A stretch of DNA of 64,000 nt from Octopus sinensis (Eukaryota): the NCBI RefSeq assembly GCF_006345805.1, contig NC_043000.1, positions 37,882,001 through 37,946,000 of the forward strand. Direction: 5' to 3'. Position numbers and translations under genes: made by a program. Below, one piece after another: positions 49,010 to 63,054 of this stretch (the stretch's first letter is position 1; each line of letters begins with the position of its first letter). A model generated the notes under the pieces. The model worked only from the letters and a program-made list of their open reading frames with translations, was not told the origin of the DNA and did no database searches.

Positions 49010-49388
49010 CTCTCCTCTCTCTCTCTCTCTCCTCTCTCTCTCCTCTCTCTCTCTCTCTTCTTTCTTTTTGGAAGGAAACATCTGTGGGCGAACCCGAAGA
49101 GAGGTGGGCTCCTGTAAGTTTCGATCCGTGTGACACATCATATGTCACGATGCTGCCCCTGCGAATCTATCAGAAGCTGGGAGCCCAAGGCAAATGTTGA
49201 AGCTAAACGCAAACTCTATCGATCTCACCAGTTCCCCTAGGCCCACGAAGGCAAGGGTTAAAACAGCCCCTCTTTTCTCATTAACCCATAAGAAACCTTA
49301 ATACTTTCAGACTATACGAAAAGAAAAGAAGTCTAACACGCCGACCATTATTATTTCTACAGCATAACGAAAAGATCATCGCTATTTT

Positions 49389-49445
<57 letters not shown>

Positions 49446-50134
49446 TACTACTACTACTACTACCTGCCTTTAACAGTACAATAGTAAAAATAATTTCTTT
49501 TTTTAAATCAATAGTATTGCTGTTATTTATTTATTTATTTATTTTGTTGGGGGTCGAAAAGCAGGAGGCGATGTTGTTTCTTAAGAAGTCAATAAAACGA
49601 ACAATTTATAGCAGCTCTCATGTTTCACGTTAGCTTCTGGTTAGCATCATCGAACACGGCAAAAACAGAGCGTCTACATCAATTACAAACGACACGGCCG
49701 ACATGACACCTTGGCCTCACACTACCCACTAAACTGCTGGGAAACTAAAAAAAAAAAAAAAGACAAACAAACAAGAGACAATAAAATACGAATAGAAAAG
49801 AATTTCTGGCTCACCAGGACAGCAGCAGACGGATTAAATGCTGTACTTTTCAAGAAAACTTATTTCTATACTCACCGCTATCATTTTCATTTCGTGTTCT
49901 ATTTAAACTACCTTTCTACATCATGCGCCTCCTCACCCTCCGTTATTTCTCATTCTCTCACTACTCCTCATTCTTCTCCTCTTGCTCCGAATTCCCCCTG
50001 CCTCTGTCCATTCAGAATAACAGAAGCTGCTTAATGCGTCACCGGAGACAGAAATTATCGAAGTTAAATGCTATGTTTGTGTGTGTGTGTTTGGTATGTG
50101 TACATGCGTGTGCGTGTGTTTGTGTCTGTGTGTG

Positions 50135-50503
50135 TTATTCTTTTACTTGTTTCAGTCATTTGACTGCGGCCACGCTAGAGTACCGCCTTTAGTAGAACAA
50201 ATCGATCCCAAGACTTATTCTTTGTAAGCTTAGTACTTATTCTATCCGTCCCTTTTGCCGAACCGCTAGATCCCGTTGACGTACACACACCAGCATAGGT
50301 TGTCAACCAATGGTGGTGGGACAAACACAGATACATAAACACACACACACACACACATATATATATAACGGGCTTCTTTCAGTTTCCGTCTACCAAATCC
50401 ACTCACAAGGTTTTGGTCGGCCCAAACTATAGTAGAAGACACTTGTAAGGTGTCACGCAGTGGTACTGAACCCAGAACCTACCACATAGCCACTCCTGCG
50501 CCT
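50135..50503 (-). mobile_element. SINE-A, near full length
   Basis: Tail, short linker and head. Confidence 0.9.
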
Positions 50504-51678
50504 ATGATACATAAAATAAAAAATATATATAATATAATATATAACAATATAAAAACCGTATTAATAGTTATCACCAAGCTAACATGGAAGTCCAGGAAAA
50601 TAGGACGAATGCTGCCGTTGATTAGCTCCATGAGGCCATCGCCTCTAGCTAGCTATGTGACACCCGAACCTGTGTCCATGATAACCTTCGAACAGGGCAG
50701 GCCAGCCACTTCCCCTTGCTGGTCTGGCATCTACAGACTAGTTTCGGGGTATTTGCCCCTTATCAATTTAGAGCAACCGAACCCGGCAGGCGTCGCTGCT
50801 GACCGTCTATGCACTAGGAAAAAGGATTATGAAGTACAATGAGAAAAATAGTGTTGTACAAAGAGTTTTAACTACGAAAAAAAAAAACTATACTTTTCAA
50901 CCGATACAAGGTATGCCACCGGATATGCGGTTGGCAAGGATAAAAGCAAAAATATTTAAACAATACAAAGAGAGATATTCGCAGGACATACAATATGTTA
51001 GCCAAGATATGGCCAACAAAAGACTTGTTCTCAGCCCAGCGGCCACACCAACGGCCACACCAACGGCTACACCTCAGAAAGCAAAAGAAGGGGAGGTTGG
51101 CAAATTGTGTGCAGCCCCTACCCATACTTAAAATGTAAGTTTTTCTTTTTATTTTTACCATGGAAATTAAGTTAGGTTGTATATATGTTCTAGTCCTGGG
51201 GTCGAAATGGAAGCAAACTTCCATTTATACGCTCATAAATTAGTTTGAGAGTTGAACACTGATTATTTGTTTGCAAATGAATTCATAACTGGGATCCGGA
51301 ATTCTCGTGCAAAAAAAAAAAAAATAATAATAATTCGTGACCAGGCCGCCACTTCATTCCCTGCCAATATTTTAATTTTATTCTAAAGATATTTACCCGC
51401 AATTCAGGCTAGAAATCCGCCGTACCAGCTTTGTAGGCTCTGCAAATTCATAATCACTCTGCTTCTTTTCATTGACTTATATATAAAAAAAAGACAGACA
51501 TTTTAGATCAGTACTCCCCAAATTGGGTACGACCACAATCTCGGGTTTGATAGAGAATTTTATGTGGCAATTGCGAACAAACGGTGTGACAGAAATTCGA
51601 TAGAAATATCTTTTAATCGTCGTGATTTTCAAAAATATTTTCAATGTGTTTCCTCTGTGACCGAAACATCTTGTGGCA

Positions 51679-51872
51679 TTGGTTTCGAATTCTGACACAA
51701 GGCCAGTAAGTTTCGGGGGAAGGCGCATGTCGATTGCATCAACCTTTTATCGGCTCCAAAGTGATGAAAGGCAAAGTCGACCTCGGCGGATTTTGAACTG
51801 ACACCGTAAAGACGGACGAAATACCGCTAAGCATTTTGGCCGGCGTTCAAACGACTGTGCCAGCTCCCACTA
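51679..51872 (-). mobile_element. SINE-B copy
   Basis: GGCAAAGTCGACCTCGGCGGATTTTGAAC...TGTGCCAGCTC. Confidence 0.85.
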
Positions 51873-52039
51873 AAATATTGCGTTGCACCTTATAGCAGAA
51901 ACAGTTGTAATCTAATGATGTTCATAACATAATTATTTATTTCTTTGTTATTTAAATTTATTATTAAAACTCTTTACTCGACTACCGATTGGTTCTGAAA
52001 CATATGTATATTGAGTTCAGACACCGACTTATTATCATC

Positions 52040-52119
52040 GCTATACATAAGCGAAACAATGATGATGTTGATGATGATGTTGATAATAATAATATAGGAA
52101 CAACAACAACAACAACAAC

Positions 52120-52166
<47 letters not shown>

Positions 52167-52378
52167 CAACAACAACAATAACAACAACAACAACAATAAT
52201 ATAATAATAATAATAATAATAACAGCAACAACAACAACAACACAACAACAATAATAATAATAATAATAATAATATAATAATAATAATAACAACAACAATA
52301 ACAACAACAACAACAACAATAATAATAATAATAATAACAACAGCAACAACAACAACAACAATAATAATAATAATAATA
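52040..52378. repeat. (AAT)/(AAC) trinucleotide tract
   Basis: Direct reading. Confidence 0.95.
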
Positions 52379-52660
52379 ATTCAAAAGATAGTGCTCATGG
52401 GAACTGCTCATATCCTACGCAAAATACTTTCTATGTAATCTCAAGGTTTAAAACAAACATTTTTTAAAAAAAATTTTATTTAAAAAATTTTTTTTTTTTT
52501 TTAGACATCCACTAGTACAACACAAAAAACAACCAAATATATGGCACACTAGGCATAACAAAAACGTGAACTTCCAGCCTGTTGTCTCTTGAGGTCTCTG
52601 TGTGGGACTTGGAGCCAACTTGTACAAATGTAAAGCAAAAGTCAAACATAATAATAATAA
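52379..52660 (+). mobile_element. 5'-truncated R2-superfamily (RLE) LINE 3' end, family a
   Basis: IQKIVLMGTAHILRKILSM* (stop 52436-52438), then a 3' UTR and (AAT)n. Confidence 0.75.
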
Positions 52661-52731
52661 TTATATAGTCTGCTGCCTGTGGACTGCTGACACTTTCCAT
52701 CATATCTAGCAAAATAAGCCGAGTTTTCATA

Positions 52732-52778
<47 letters not shown>

Positions 52779-53188
52779 AATGATGATAATAGTAATAATA
52801 GGAGAGAGTGGCTATGCCCTGATACAGTACCAGGCAGTGGCTCTCATGGCTTCTCATCTTAACTGATTGGAAGTGTTATCATGTACATTGTTTTGTCTTA
52901 GTTTTAAGAAGTGTGCTACAGCAAATATTCTGCTCAATACCACAGATTTGCTTGTGAGTTGCTTGACCTTAACCAGTTGTGTATGTCCCTTAGTGGTTGA
53001 TGATATGTGCATTTCTGATCACGTGCAGAAGTACTGGTGGTGGTGGTGGGGGGCATTATAGCCGTGTGTTGAAAGGAATTCTTAGAGGTTTGGATAATTC
53101 ACCTTTGGAAACATGGGTGGTTCGTTCAACATCCTAAAACAACCCTTTTTTTCAGGGACCTTTTGAGTGGGATGGGCTACGGTCGATA

Positions 53189-53437
53189 AAAAAGGTAGCA
53201 GTAGTACCAATAATTGTCGGCGCCCTGTGAACAGTGTACAAAAATCTCAAGAAGTCCGTGGAACAAATAGGGGCTACAATAAGGGTGGAGCACTTGCAGA
53301 AAACAGCACTGCTTGGAACCGCTCAAATACTCCGGAAGGTGCTCGAAAAATAAGGGGTGTTACCTTAGTTCACTGGTAGTAAACAGCTGACACCGTAGTA
53401 CATCCCCAGCGTTAGAAGTTGTGCAAAGGCTATGATG

Positions 53438-53499
<62 letters not shown>

Positions 53500-53566
53500 C
53501 ATAATAATAATCATAATCATAATAATAATCATAATCATAATAATGATAATAATAATAATAATAATC

Positions 53567-53602
<36 letters not shown>

Positions 53603-53613
53603 TAATAATAATA
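53189..53613 (+). mobile_element. 5'-truncated R2-superfamily (RLE) LINE 3' end, family b
   Basis: KVAVVPIIVGAL*TVYKNLKKSVEQIGATIRVEHLQKTALLGTAQILRKVLEK* (53192-53353), short UTR, long (AAT)n tail. Confidence 0.8.
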
Positions 53614-53694
53614 ATATAGTCTGCTGCCTGTGGACAGCTGACACTTTACATCATCTCTCTCTATGTCACCCTGTCTCTCTGTCTCACTTTGTCC

Positions 53695-53792
<98 letters not shown>

Positions 53793-54050
53793 GCAAATAC
53801 ACACGCATATATAAAGAGAGGTACATATCCATAGATAAATTTAGGCATAGCCATGAAAGCCGGAATATGTAGTTGAGTAAATTGATTTGTACAATTCTTG
53901 TGTTTCCCTTTGAAGCCGTTTATGGTCCTCCAGGCAACAACAGGGAACTGTCACCTGGAGGATTGCTTCGAAAGAGAGATAAGGAGAGGGAAAGGTTAAA
54001 ACACTGTTCACACTCGCAGGTATACAAACATGAACGCACACAAACGAGCG

Positions 54051-54105
<55 letters not shown>

Positions 54106-54159
54106 CATAAAGAGAAGTAAAAGGATCCATGCAGCATCTTTCCTTTTTAAGTGTTTGCG

Positions 54160-54173
54160 GCTCATATATATAC

Positions 54174-54204
<31 letters not shown>

Positions 54205-54345
54205 TGTATGTATGTATGCATGTATGTACGTATGTATGCATGTATGTATGCATGTATGTACTTATGTATGTATTTATGTATGCACGTATGTATGTATGTA
54301 TGTATGTATGTATGTATGTATGAATGTATGTATGTACGTACATAT
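54160..54345. repeat. (TATG)n microsatellite
   Basis: Direct reading. Confidence 0.95.
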
Positions 54346-55749
54346 TTGTATGAATGAATATGTATACATACATATATACATTCATACATAAGTATACATA
54401 TATACATACGTGTGTTTGTGTGCGTGTGTGTGTGTACATATGTATACTTGCACGTGTTTATAAGTGCAAGTATATATATGCATATGTGTGTGTGTGTGTG
54501 TGTGTGTGTATGCGTGTGAAGAGGGAAATGCTGTGGTAAATTGCCACGTGATCACTTATCACTTGTCCACCTCCTTTTACTGTCACACACTCACACACTT
54601 GCACACACACACACTCAGACACATACGCCTGCGCGCGTACGCCGGCAGTCACACACGCAAAGTATACACATAAGCCGTACATTTTTGTTTTTCCCTCTTC
54701 CAGCTTGTGGCTTATCGTAATGAAGCACTCACTAGCCAAGCCTTTTGTTCGGATCGCCGGCCCAATATAAGCTGGCTGAAAACAGACATGCGTTTAAAGG
54801 ATCCATGATTAAACGTCTACGCGTGTGTGACAGCAAATGTTTCGTGGACATTTACTAAACCCTTTTCTGCACGCGTTCCAGCTCCCTTCTCGTAAACCCT
54901 TCCACTAACAATATATTTAAATGTAATATTTCATCCACCACCGTGTTCTCTGTGGTTAAACATGTTTCGAGATTTCTGCGTCTGTGTCTTATGTTTTGCG
55001 TTATTGTTTTTTATCGCCTTTTTGTCTTAGAAAAACTGCGTCTGCCGCTCTCTGGCTTCATTTTTTTAAAAGAATTTATTTAGTTTTGTCTAAATTTTAC
55101 TCCATGTATCTCTGGCTGTGTGTCACCATATTGGGTATTGGCAATATTTGACACGTGATATCTAGCCCACGAAGAGATCGACGAAAGAAACAAGAGCCAG
55201 TAAGGAAGCCATTCTTTGTGGTGGCTTCACCTTCTAGAAATAGCAACCAAATCTTCCTCAAATCACAAACTAGTAATATATGCAAATAAAAACAAGTGAA
55301 GGTAGTTTTGCATGATCTTAAACAGATGGGTTGGCCATAGTTGGAGCATCTTTGATACTTAACCTGAAGCTAAACGACAACAAAAACAACATCAAATAGC
55401 AACAGAACAATCTCTACACTGTTGCATCATGATGCTAGAAAGAGTAGCTATATGTCATAATCACATTCAAACTTCTTAATTAGAAAATGACACATTCGAT
55501 GAGTCATTCTCATGATGAGTTGGGCTGTGTGGTTCGTCTGGGTGTGGCCGAGGACCGAAAAAAGGGACGGACAAATCGCCATGTTAAATAAAATTAAGGG
55601 GCTCCGAACACTTTTAACATTTCTGGCAACATGACAGACAGGAATTTTATGAATGTAAACACATTTAAGTCATCTCATTAATAACACACACACACACACC
55701 ACACACACACACACACACACATCTACATTTATACATATGCATATACTGG

Positions 55750-56095
55750 TGCAGGCGTGGCTGTATGGCAGGATGTTTGCTTCCCAACCACATCGCTCTG
55801 GGGTCGGTCTTACTGCATGGCACCTAGGGCAAGTGCCTTCTATTATAACCTCGGGCCGACCAAAGCCTTGAGTGGATTTGGTAGAAGGAAACCTGAAAGA
55901 AGCCTGTCGTATGTGTGTGAGTGTTGCGTGTATGTGTCTTTGTCTCTGAATGCCACTCACCACCGCTTAATAACCGGTGCTGATATGTTTATGTTCCCGT
56001 AATTTAGCAGTTTTGAAAAAGATACAAATAGTACTAGACTTACAAGAATCAGTACTGGAGTCGATTCATTCGACTAAAAATTCTTCAAGATGGAG
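55750..56095 (+). mobile_element. SINE-A, older diverged copy with a variant 3' end
   Basis: GCAGGCGTGGCTGTATGG...CCTCGGGCCGACCAAAGCCTTG...GTACTAGACTTACAAG. Confidence 0.8.
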
Positions 56096-56148
56096 CGCAC
56101 ACATACACACACACAAACACACGCGCACACACACATTTATATATATAT

Positions 56149-56182
<34 letters not shown>

Positions 56183-56207
56183 ATATATATATATGTATAT
56201 GTATATG

Positions 56208-56850
56208 TTAGCTGTTGGACCTGGCGTTGCTCGTGTTTTCCAAGTTGAAGTAAAGCCTACCTCTGACCTTCTGCGTTCCCCGTGCCTTCTACTTTCCATC
56301 GTGCCAACGGGGATTTTATCCGGTTAACAATTTCTACATACTCCTACATACTGGGCCGTCTGAAATCGCAGTCAAACTTTTGGGCGTACCTCGACCCGTT
56401 GAGAGCAATGTTTGTTTATTTCTCTCTCCTTAATGCCACCCCCTGTACAAAATTGATCAGTCTGTCCAATCTCAGCAAACTCCGAAGAAAAGTGTTAAGG
56501 TTATGTCATGAAATAGAATCCATGTGACCATTTACATGAAAATATAAAAGTTACAGCCAAAAATAAAATCCCTATCGATATTTGCACGTAAAGGCCTATT
56601 GATTTTATAAAACCACCGCTCAGGCGCAATTATCGATTTTTTTCAACGCCATATACTGACATCAACTCACTGCCATGAGCCTCGCTCACGCATCGATGCC
56701 AACTGAGCATTATTGACTTTTCGAAAAATTCCAGCCTTATTTGAAATTCAGGGCATGTGATCTACCTATGTGCCCTAAATCATTAGAATCGGTTGGACAG
56801 TGTGGGAGGAGTTAGAGTAACCCCAAATACACATACAGACAGACACCAGT
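56208..56850 (-). mobile_element. Non-autonomous Helitron, diverged
   Basis: TTAGCTGTTGGACCTGGCGTTGCTCG resembles the Helitron 3' end at 35640; the other end is GGAGGAGTTAG...ACATACAGACAGACAC. Confidence 0.5.
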
Positions 56851-56925
56851 ATACATGTATGTATGTATGTATGTATGTATGTATGTATGTGTGTATGTAT
56901 GTATGTATGTATGTATGCATGTATG

Positions 56926-57008
<83 letters not shown>

Positions 57009-57044
57009 TATATATATACGTATATACAAAAGTAAAAAAAAATA

Positions 57045-57290
57045 CAAACTGGGACAAGAACGTGAAACATTTAGAAGACGACACAACAAAAAACACGGAC
57101 GGGACATTCGAAGCCCTCAATCTTCAGTCAAGAACTGGATCAATTTCGCAATTTCGGCTGATTAATCTCGAGATCGCTCCGACCCGGCCAGCCCCAATGG
57201 AAAATCTAAGCCAAGCGCATTAGATTCCTTGGAAGAAAGCCTCGAATGTATACAAAACAAGGACGGAAAACGGACGATGTTACACGAATA
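57045..57290. repeat. Unclassified dispersed repeat (homolog of 32480-32790)
   Basis: Reverse-complement similarity; followed by a 42-bp tandem duplication (~57283-57366). Confidence 0.75.
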
Positions 57291-57826
57291 AAAATACAAA
57301 AATACGTAAAAACAATAATGATAGCACGAATAAGAATACAAAAATACGTAAAAACAATAATGATAGTAGAACGTATTCATACTTCTGTCTAGAGAGATTA
57401 ATTTATTTCAAGCTTAAGGAATTCTTCCACAACTGACATGCCGTTAGCATAAAAGGCAGTTTGGGCGTCTGCCGTCAACATATACATTCGCACACACAAA
57501 CACATATCAACAGAGACCCTCTTGCTATTAAAAACCGCCATAGTCAGAGATCGAACATGTTTTGCCTGGATCCCTCTCCATCTGTAACTTTTTATCCTGT
57601 CTTTCTCTTCTCCCCAAGACTTTTCTCATTGTATCTGACGAAGGCCAATGCAAGAAAGCTTACACTTTCCTGTATATTCAAATATGTGTGTGTATATATG
57701 TATGTATGAATTTGCATGTGTATGCATATTATATATTACATATATGTATGTATGTATGTATGTGTATATATACATATATATATATTATATTGTATATATA
57801 TATATATATATGTAATATATATATGT

Positions 57827-57907
<81 letters not shown>

Positions 57908-58292
57908 GGGCGCAGGAGTGGCTGTGTGGTAAGTAGCTTGCTAACCAATCACATGGATCCGGGTTCAGTCCCACTGCGTGGCATCTTGGGCAAGTGTCTT
58001 CTGCTATAGACCCGGGCCGACCAATGCCTTGTGAGTGGATTTGGTAGACGGAAACTGAAAGAAGCCTGTCGTATATATGTATATATATATGTGTATGTGT
58101 GTTTGTGTGTCTGTGTTTGTCCCTCTAGCATTGCTTGACAACCGATGCTGGTGTGTTTACGTCCCCGTCACTTAGCGGTTCGGCAAAAGAAACCGATAGA
58201 ATAAGTACTGGGCTTACAAAAAAATAAGTCCCGGGGTCGATTTGCTCGACTAAAGGCGGTGCTCCAGCATGGCTGCAGTCAAATGACTGAAA
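57908..58292 (+). mobile_element. SINE-A, full length, young subfamily
   Basis: Only about 5 differences from 20966 over the ~160-nt head. Confidence 0.95.
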
Positions 58293-58310
58293 TATATATA
58301 TTATATATAT

Positions 58311-58361
<51 letters not shown>

Positions 58362-58362
<1 letters not shown>

Positions 58363-60402
58363 GGCATACCTCACTCTACGTCGTTAATTGATTCCAGGAG
58401 ACACGACTTAAGTCGAATTAACTTTCTCTATGCTTGGCTAAATTTACTTGTCTCTTGTAAAAACAAAGTAAATTTACGAATCCAGTTTGGTGGTGTTTAC
58501 CGTACACCACGGACGGTTTATTTATGAAACCATTTGCAATAAGACATGGTAAAATGAAAGCGTTTTTGTAAGCTTAAAAAACAAATTCAGTAATTATTAT
58601 TATTTTGCAATAGTGAAAAAAAACATTAATTATTTAAAATTTACCAATACGTACATACAATTTGGTGGTTCGCATCTCGGATGTAGATGGCTGTGGAAGA
58701 TCGTTAACATCAACAGCTGACTTTGGCTGTTCTTGTTATTGGATGCGCTTAAAAATCCGGTTGAGAGTTCTTTGAACTGCCTGTTTTTCTTTTCTTCAAG
58801 GATTACATTATAAGAAGCAAAAGTTTCGCGACAAGCCCCCATAATCTTGGAAAAGCGTATTTATTCCATAAGTCACGAAGTGTGCTAAACTCATCAAGAT
58901 CAGTTGCAGCTTTTGCTTGCCGCAGCGTACACTTCATATAGCAACGCTTCAAGATAGCAATCATTCCCTGATCCATTGACTGCGGAAGAGACGTGGTGTT
59001 CGGAGGGAGGTATACGACGGTAATATTGGGGTCATAATCTACGATATTTTGCGGGTGGTCAGGAGCATTATCTAAAAGGAATCTCCTCCTTACAGTACTT
59101 CTCTGCTGCTGGGATAAAATGATTGACGAATCAATCTTCAAAAACAACAACTGTAACCCATGCTTTTGGATTAGCCACCCATATAACAGGGAGAGATGTT
59201 TTGTGTATGTTCTTCAGGGCACGAGGGTTGTGTGCATGATACAAAAGCAAGGGCTTTAATTTAAAATCTCCAGCACAATTACCTCCCACCATAATGGTCA
59301 CACGTTCTTTTGAGACCTTGCAGCCTGGAATAGTTTTGTTCTCCTTGGAAATGAATGAGCGGTCTGGTAATTTTTTTCAATACAATCTAGTCTCCTCTAC
59401 GTTAAAAATCTGATCAGGAAGAAACACGTTTTTTTTTTTCGATGATTTTCTTTAAAGCCTTAGGAAATTCTGCAACTGCTTGTTCGTCAGCCGATGCACT
59501 TTCACCTTGCTTCTTAATGGAGCGATAACTTCTTCGATCCTTAAATCTCATGAACTTGCTTTGAACGCTACATCTTTCTCATCTGGGTATTTTTTCTTCA
59601 GGTCCTCAAACAAAGACAACACTTTGTCTTGAATGATTTCTTGACTAATAGTAGCACGCTGACGATTCAACCTAACAATCCAAAGGGAAAGAAAACTTTC
59701 CATTTTTCCAAAGATGTTGCTATTTTTCTTATTCACAACAATGTTCTTCATCCCTGGGGCTTCAGATTTGATATTTGATATCTGCTAAAATCTTGTCCTT
59801 ATTTTGTACAATCGTCGATTCAGTTGCCCGACCCATCCCAAAAGATCGTGCAACTGCTCCCACTTTTTCACTTTATTCCTGGCGTTTTATCATAGCCAGT
59901 TTATCTTCCAGCGTAATAGCATGACGCTTAGACATGGAGGCAAAAAAAAAGAAAACGTCACAAATGAATGAGAATAAAAAAGTAGCCGATAAGCAGACGT
60001 AAACAAATTTGAATTCAAAACAAACGCGGGAATCACGAGTGACAACGATGCCTAACGGCAGATATTGGAACTACAATTCAATATGAGCTCTGAAAGACCG
60101 ATAAATAAGACAACACGGCTGATTTCATGATTTTTTTCAAAAGACTACACTACTTTATGGCGGGTATCTTAGCATTTACTGTACGTATTTTAATATGACT
60201 GTATGTGCTTTCATTCTTATTTATTGTACAGATTTTAAATGCTTTTAACGGTTTTCTATTGATTTTACGATTCCAATACTTGTGGCGAACAGACGTGAAG
60301 TCAAGTAAAATGACTTGATTTTTATTTCTCTATATTATTTTTGAAAACCGACAATTAATCGAGAACGATTTAAATCGAAACGACTTAAACCGAGATATGC
60401 CT
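58362..60402 (-). mobile_element. Tigger/pogo DNA transposon, ~2.04 kb, decayed
   Basis: Imperfect TIRs AGGCATACCTCACTCTACGTCGTT / AACGACTTAAACCGAGATATGCCT (19/24), resembling the Tigger1 terminus. Confidence 0.9.
58660..59935 (-). pseudogene. pogo/Tigger (CENP-B-like) transposase pseudogene
   Basis: MSKRHAITLEDKLAMIKR (psq-type HTH), MESFLSLWI...ISQEIIQDKVLSLFEDLK..FKAS (CENP-B HTH), LLDNAPDHP...YLPPNTTSLPQSMDQG (DDE); stops and frameshifts; left boundary approximate. Confidence 0.9.
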
Positions 60403-60559
60403 ATATATATATGTGTGTGTGTGTGTAAATAATTTGAATGGAGGCAATACGAACGCAAAACTAGAGGAACATGACCTATTATCCAATAGAATATTCAATA
60501 TATATGTGTACTTTCTTCGACATTAATAAATCAATATAAAGTTCGAGGTAATATTAGTA

Positions 60560-61140
60560 TTAAAAACACACAAGCATATAAATATATAAATAGTTAATAT
60601 TTAAAAACACCCAAATATTTAAAAATATTTAAAAAATACGTATGCATTTTAAAAATATATAAACACATAAATAGATACATCAATATTGTAAGACATTGAA
60701 TTTTTAATTCACACAATAAGATACAAGGGAATAAAAATTCACAAGTTACAACACAGAGTCCAGTGGAAAGTTTGAAATTATAAAACATTGAAAGGACATA
60801 CTAATATACGAAGATAATGGTCAATGGATCCAAAAGTTTCATCGACGGACCGTTTCGGAGACGTGTCAGATAATATGACATGAATTTCCTATTTTAAAGG
60901 AAACAGACACTCCACTCATCAGGATGCTGTTTCATTAAAATATGAAATTTATGTCATATTATCTGACACGTCTCCTACAGTAAAATAACATTTGGTCACC
61001 GATTATAACGAAAACAATTTTATATCATTCTGAAGGAATATTCCATAATTTTGTAGAGTACAAATTTATCATTCTTAAAGAAGAATGTTGTTGATGGAGT
61101 TTCGACCAGCTAAGTCCTCATCAGCTGAACTGACCGAAAC
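60560..61140 (-). mobile_element. PLE-type repeat remnants with two degenerate HHR motifs and a 41-bp inverted repeat
   Basis: CUGAUGA (60916-60922) ... CUCC GAAAC GGUC; CUGAUGA G GACU UAGCU GGUC GAAAC (61099-61124); IR 60857-60897/60935-60975 (39/41). Confidence 0.5.
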
Positions 61141-61404
61141 TTCGAAGTTTACTGTCAATACTGTTCTTGTTAAAGAACAATATATATATATGTATACATA
61201 GAGAGAGAGAGGTAGGTGGGGAGGAAAGAGAGAATATAGATATACATACATACACATGCACACGCACTCACTCGCATACACATTATATGATTCGACTAAA
61301 CCATATCGATACCAATAATCAGTTCTTAGATCTCAGAGTATACACATGATTGTTTTTATGTAGATATACATACATTCATACATACATACATACACACATA
61401 CATG

Positions 61405-61457
<53 letters not shown>

Positions 61458-62381
61458 AGTGCTTGCGTTTATGTCCACGTGTGTGTGTGTTTGTGTGTGT
61501 GTGTGTGTTGTTGATTGATGTTTGGTTGTTATCGAGGAATTTATAGTTGATATTAATGTTATAGCTGATGGTTCTCTTTATGTTGTTATAGTTTTAATGG
61601 AGTTTCTGTTGTTGTTTTTAATGATGTTGTCGTCAAAGTCACTGTTTTTTTTCATTGTCGGCGTTCTTGTATTTATTTGTTCTTTTGTTTTTATTTGTTT
61701 ATATATATTTTGGTTGCATTTAATGATTTGGTTGTAGCAAACCAATTATTTAATGTTGCATTCAATTCTATTATTTTGGACATCTTAATCGATACCCAAA
61801 TACATTTTTCGCATCGAACTCCAACGAATAGAGTTAAAGAAACATCGTGAAGCACAAGATGTCGTGCTTAGGTCAAAGGTCGGACGTATTGGCGCAAAAC
61901 AAATAAACATTTTTTTCTTTCTTATTACAAGTTGCCAATCTGCCAAGTAAAGAGCAAACAACATTTCTCTCGAATATTACTGAAGGAGAGTAAAAAATAA
62001 AAACTTATAAATAGATAAACCTAAAACACAAGACATTTTATATAAGTTTGCAGGAGTTTGTATTACAAGCAAAAAATATATGGTAATCAGTGCGTCGACA
62101 CATCTGCACATGTATATATGCAACTGTTCTAATAAACACTTCATAATCTCGAATGCAAATATATACCCGTTCCCAGAATCAACCGTATATAGGTAGAGGC
62201 TTTCCAGAAATTTTGAGATCCTTTTAAGGGGAAGCAGTTATTGTTGTTCTAGATTATTGCAATTTTAACATATCCTTAATATACACGTCATAAGCTGACT
62301 TGCCAACTTTTATTCGCGGTTGAAGGAGGCAACTGTGACAGCACTTTGAAAATATCCTACTAAACCCTACATGTCATAGCT

Positions 62382-63054
62382 GAGTGCAGTCGGGAGTTTA
62401 GAAACTCGCTATGGAACAAAATTTGGGGTTAAACTTGACAGAAATGCTAGCGAAATTTATCAAATGCTTCAGACTGCTTTTGAATTCACACTTTTGTTGG
62501 TAGAAGAGGTTCAAACGCTGTAGAAATAAGGTGAGAGACACTGAGAGGTGTGAGAGGGAGAGGAACATCAGAACATCAGAGTTGGTTGAGAAAATCGGCA
62601 ATTTTCTGGATGAAATTGTCATGTGTCTATAAAGACAATAAACATGCAGTTTGGTGTTGGTGTGGCGAGTGAACACAGAATTATTCACGAAGATCTAAGC
62701 ATAAAATTTGTGCAAAGTTTATTCCCAGGGTACTCAGCAACGAGCATCCTGGCAGCCCACTCTGTTCCTCACACCCACCTCCAGTCCAGGCCTAGCTCCC
62801 CGTGACTTTTGGTGGTTCTCCAAGCTGAAGGTGAACTTCAGTGGCAGCAGTTGTTTTAAAGCTGAAAAGGCTGTGACAAGAGTCCTGGACACCTTCACTT
62901 TGGAAGACTTACATCGGACCTTCATGAAGTGGCTGCAGCGCTACAACAAACGCATTGAAGTTAGAGGAGGAATCTACTTTGAATGAGATGAGAGTTATAT
63001 GCATCTTTGAAATTAATGAAGGTCTCTCCTGAAAACTCCTGGAATGCACTTTAT
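62382..63054 (+). mobile_element. Internally deleted mariner element with transposase remnants
   Basis: VSIKTINMQFGVGVASEHRIIHEDL (HTH) and SPGLAPRDFWWFSKLK...KWLQRYNKRIEVRGGIYFE* (YSPDLAP-type C-terminus); weak TIRs at 62382-62399 and 63033-63054. Confidence 0.8.

Noticed and set aside
50829-51131. 100-aa ORF with a PTAT-type 12-bp tandem, possibly a LINE ORF1 relic
   Set aside because: Similarity too vague to name; no adjacent ORF2.
57283-57366. Short direct repeats as a possible CRISPR-like array
   Set aside because: Only two adjacent units with no spacers; eukaryotic context, no cas genes.
57630-57665. CUGACGA AGGC...GAAAGCUU
   Set aside because: Stems I and II are unpaired; degenerate at best.
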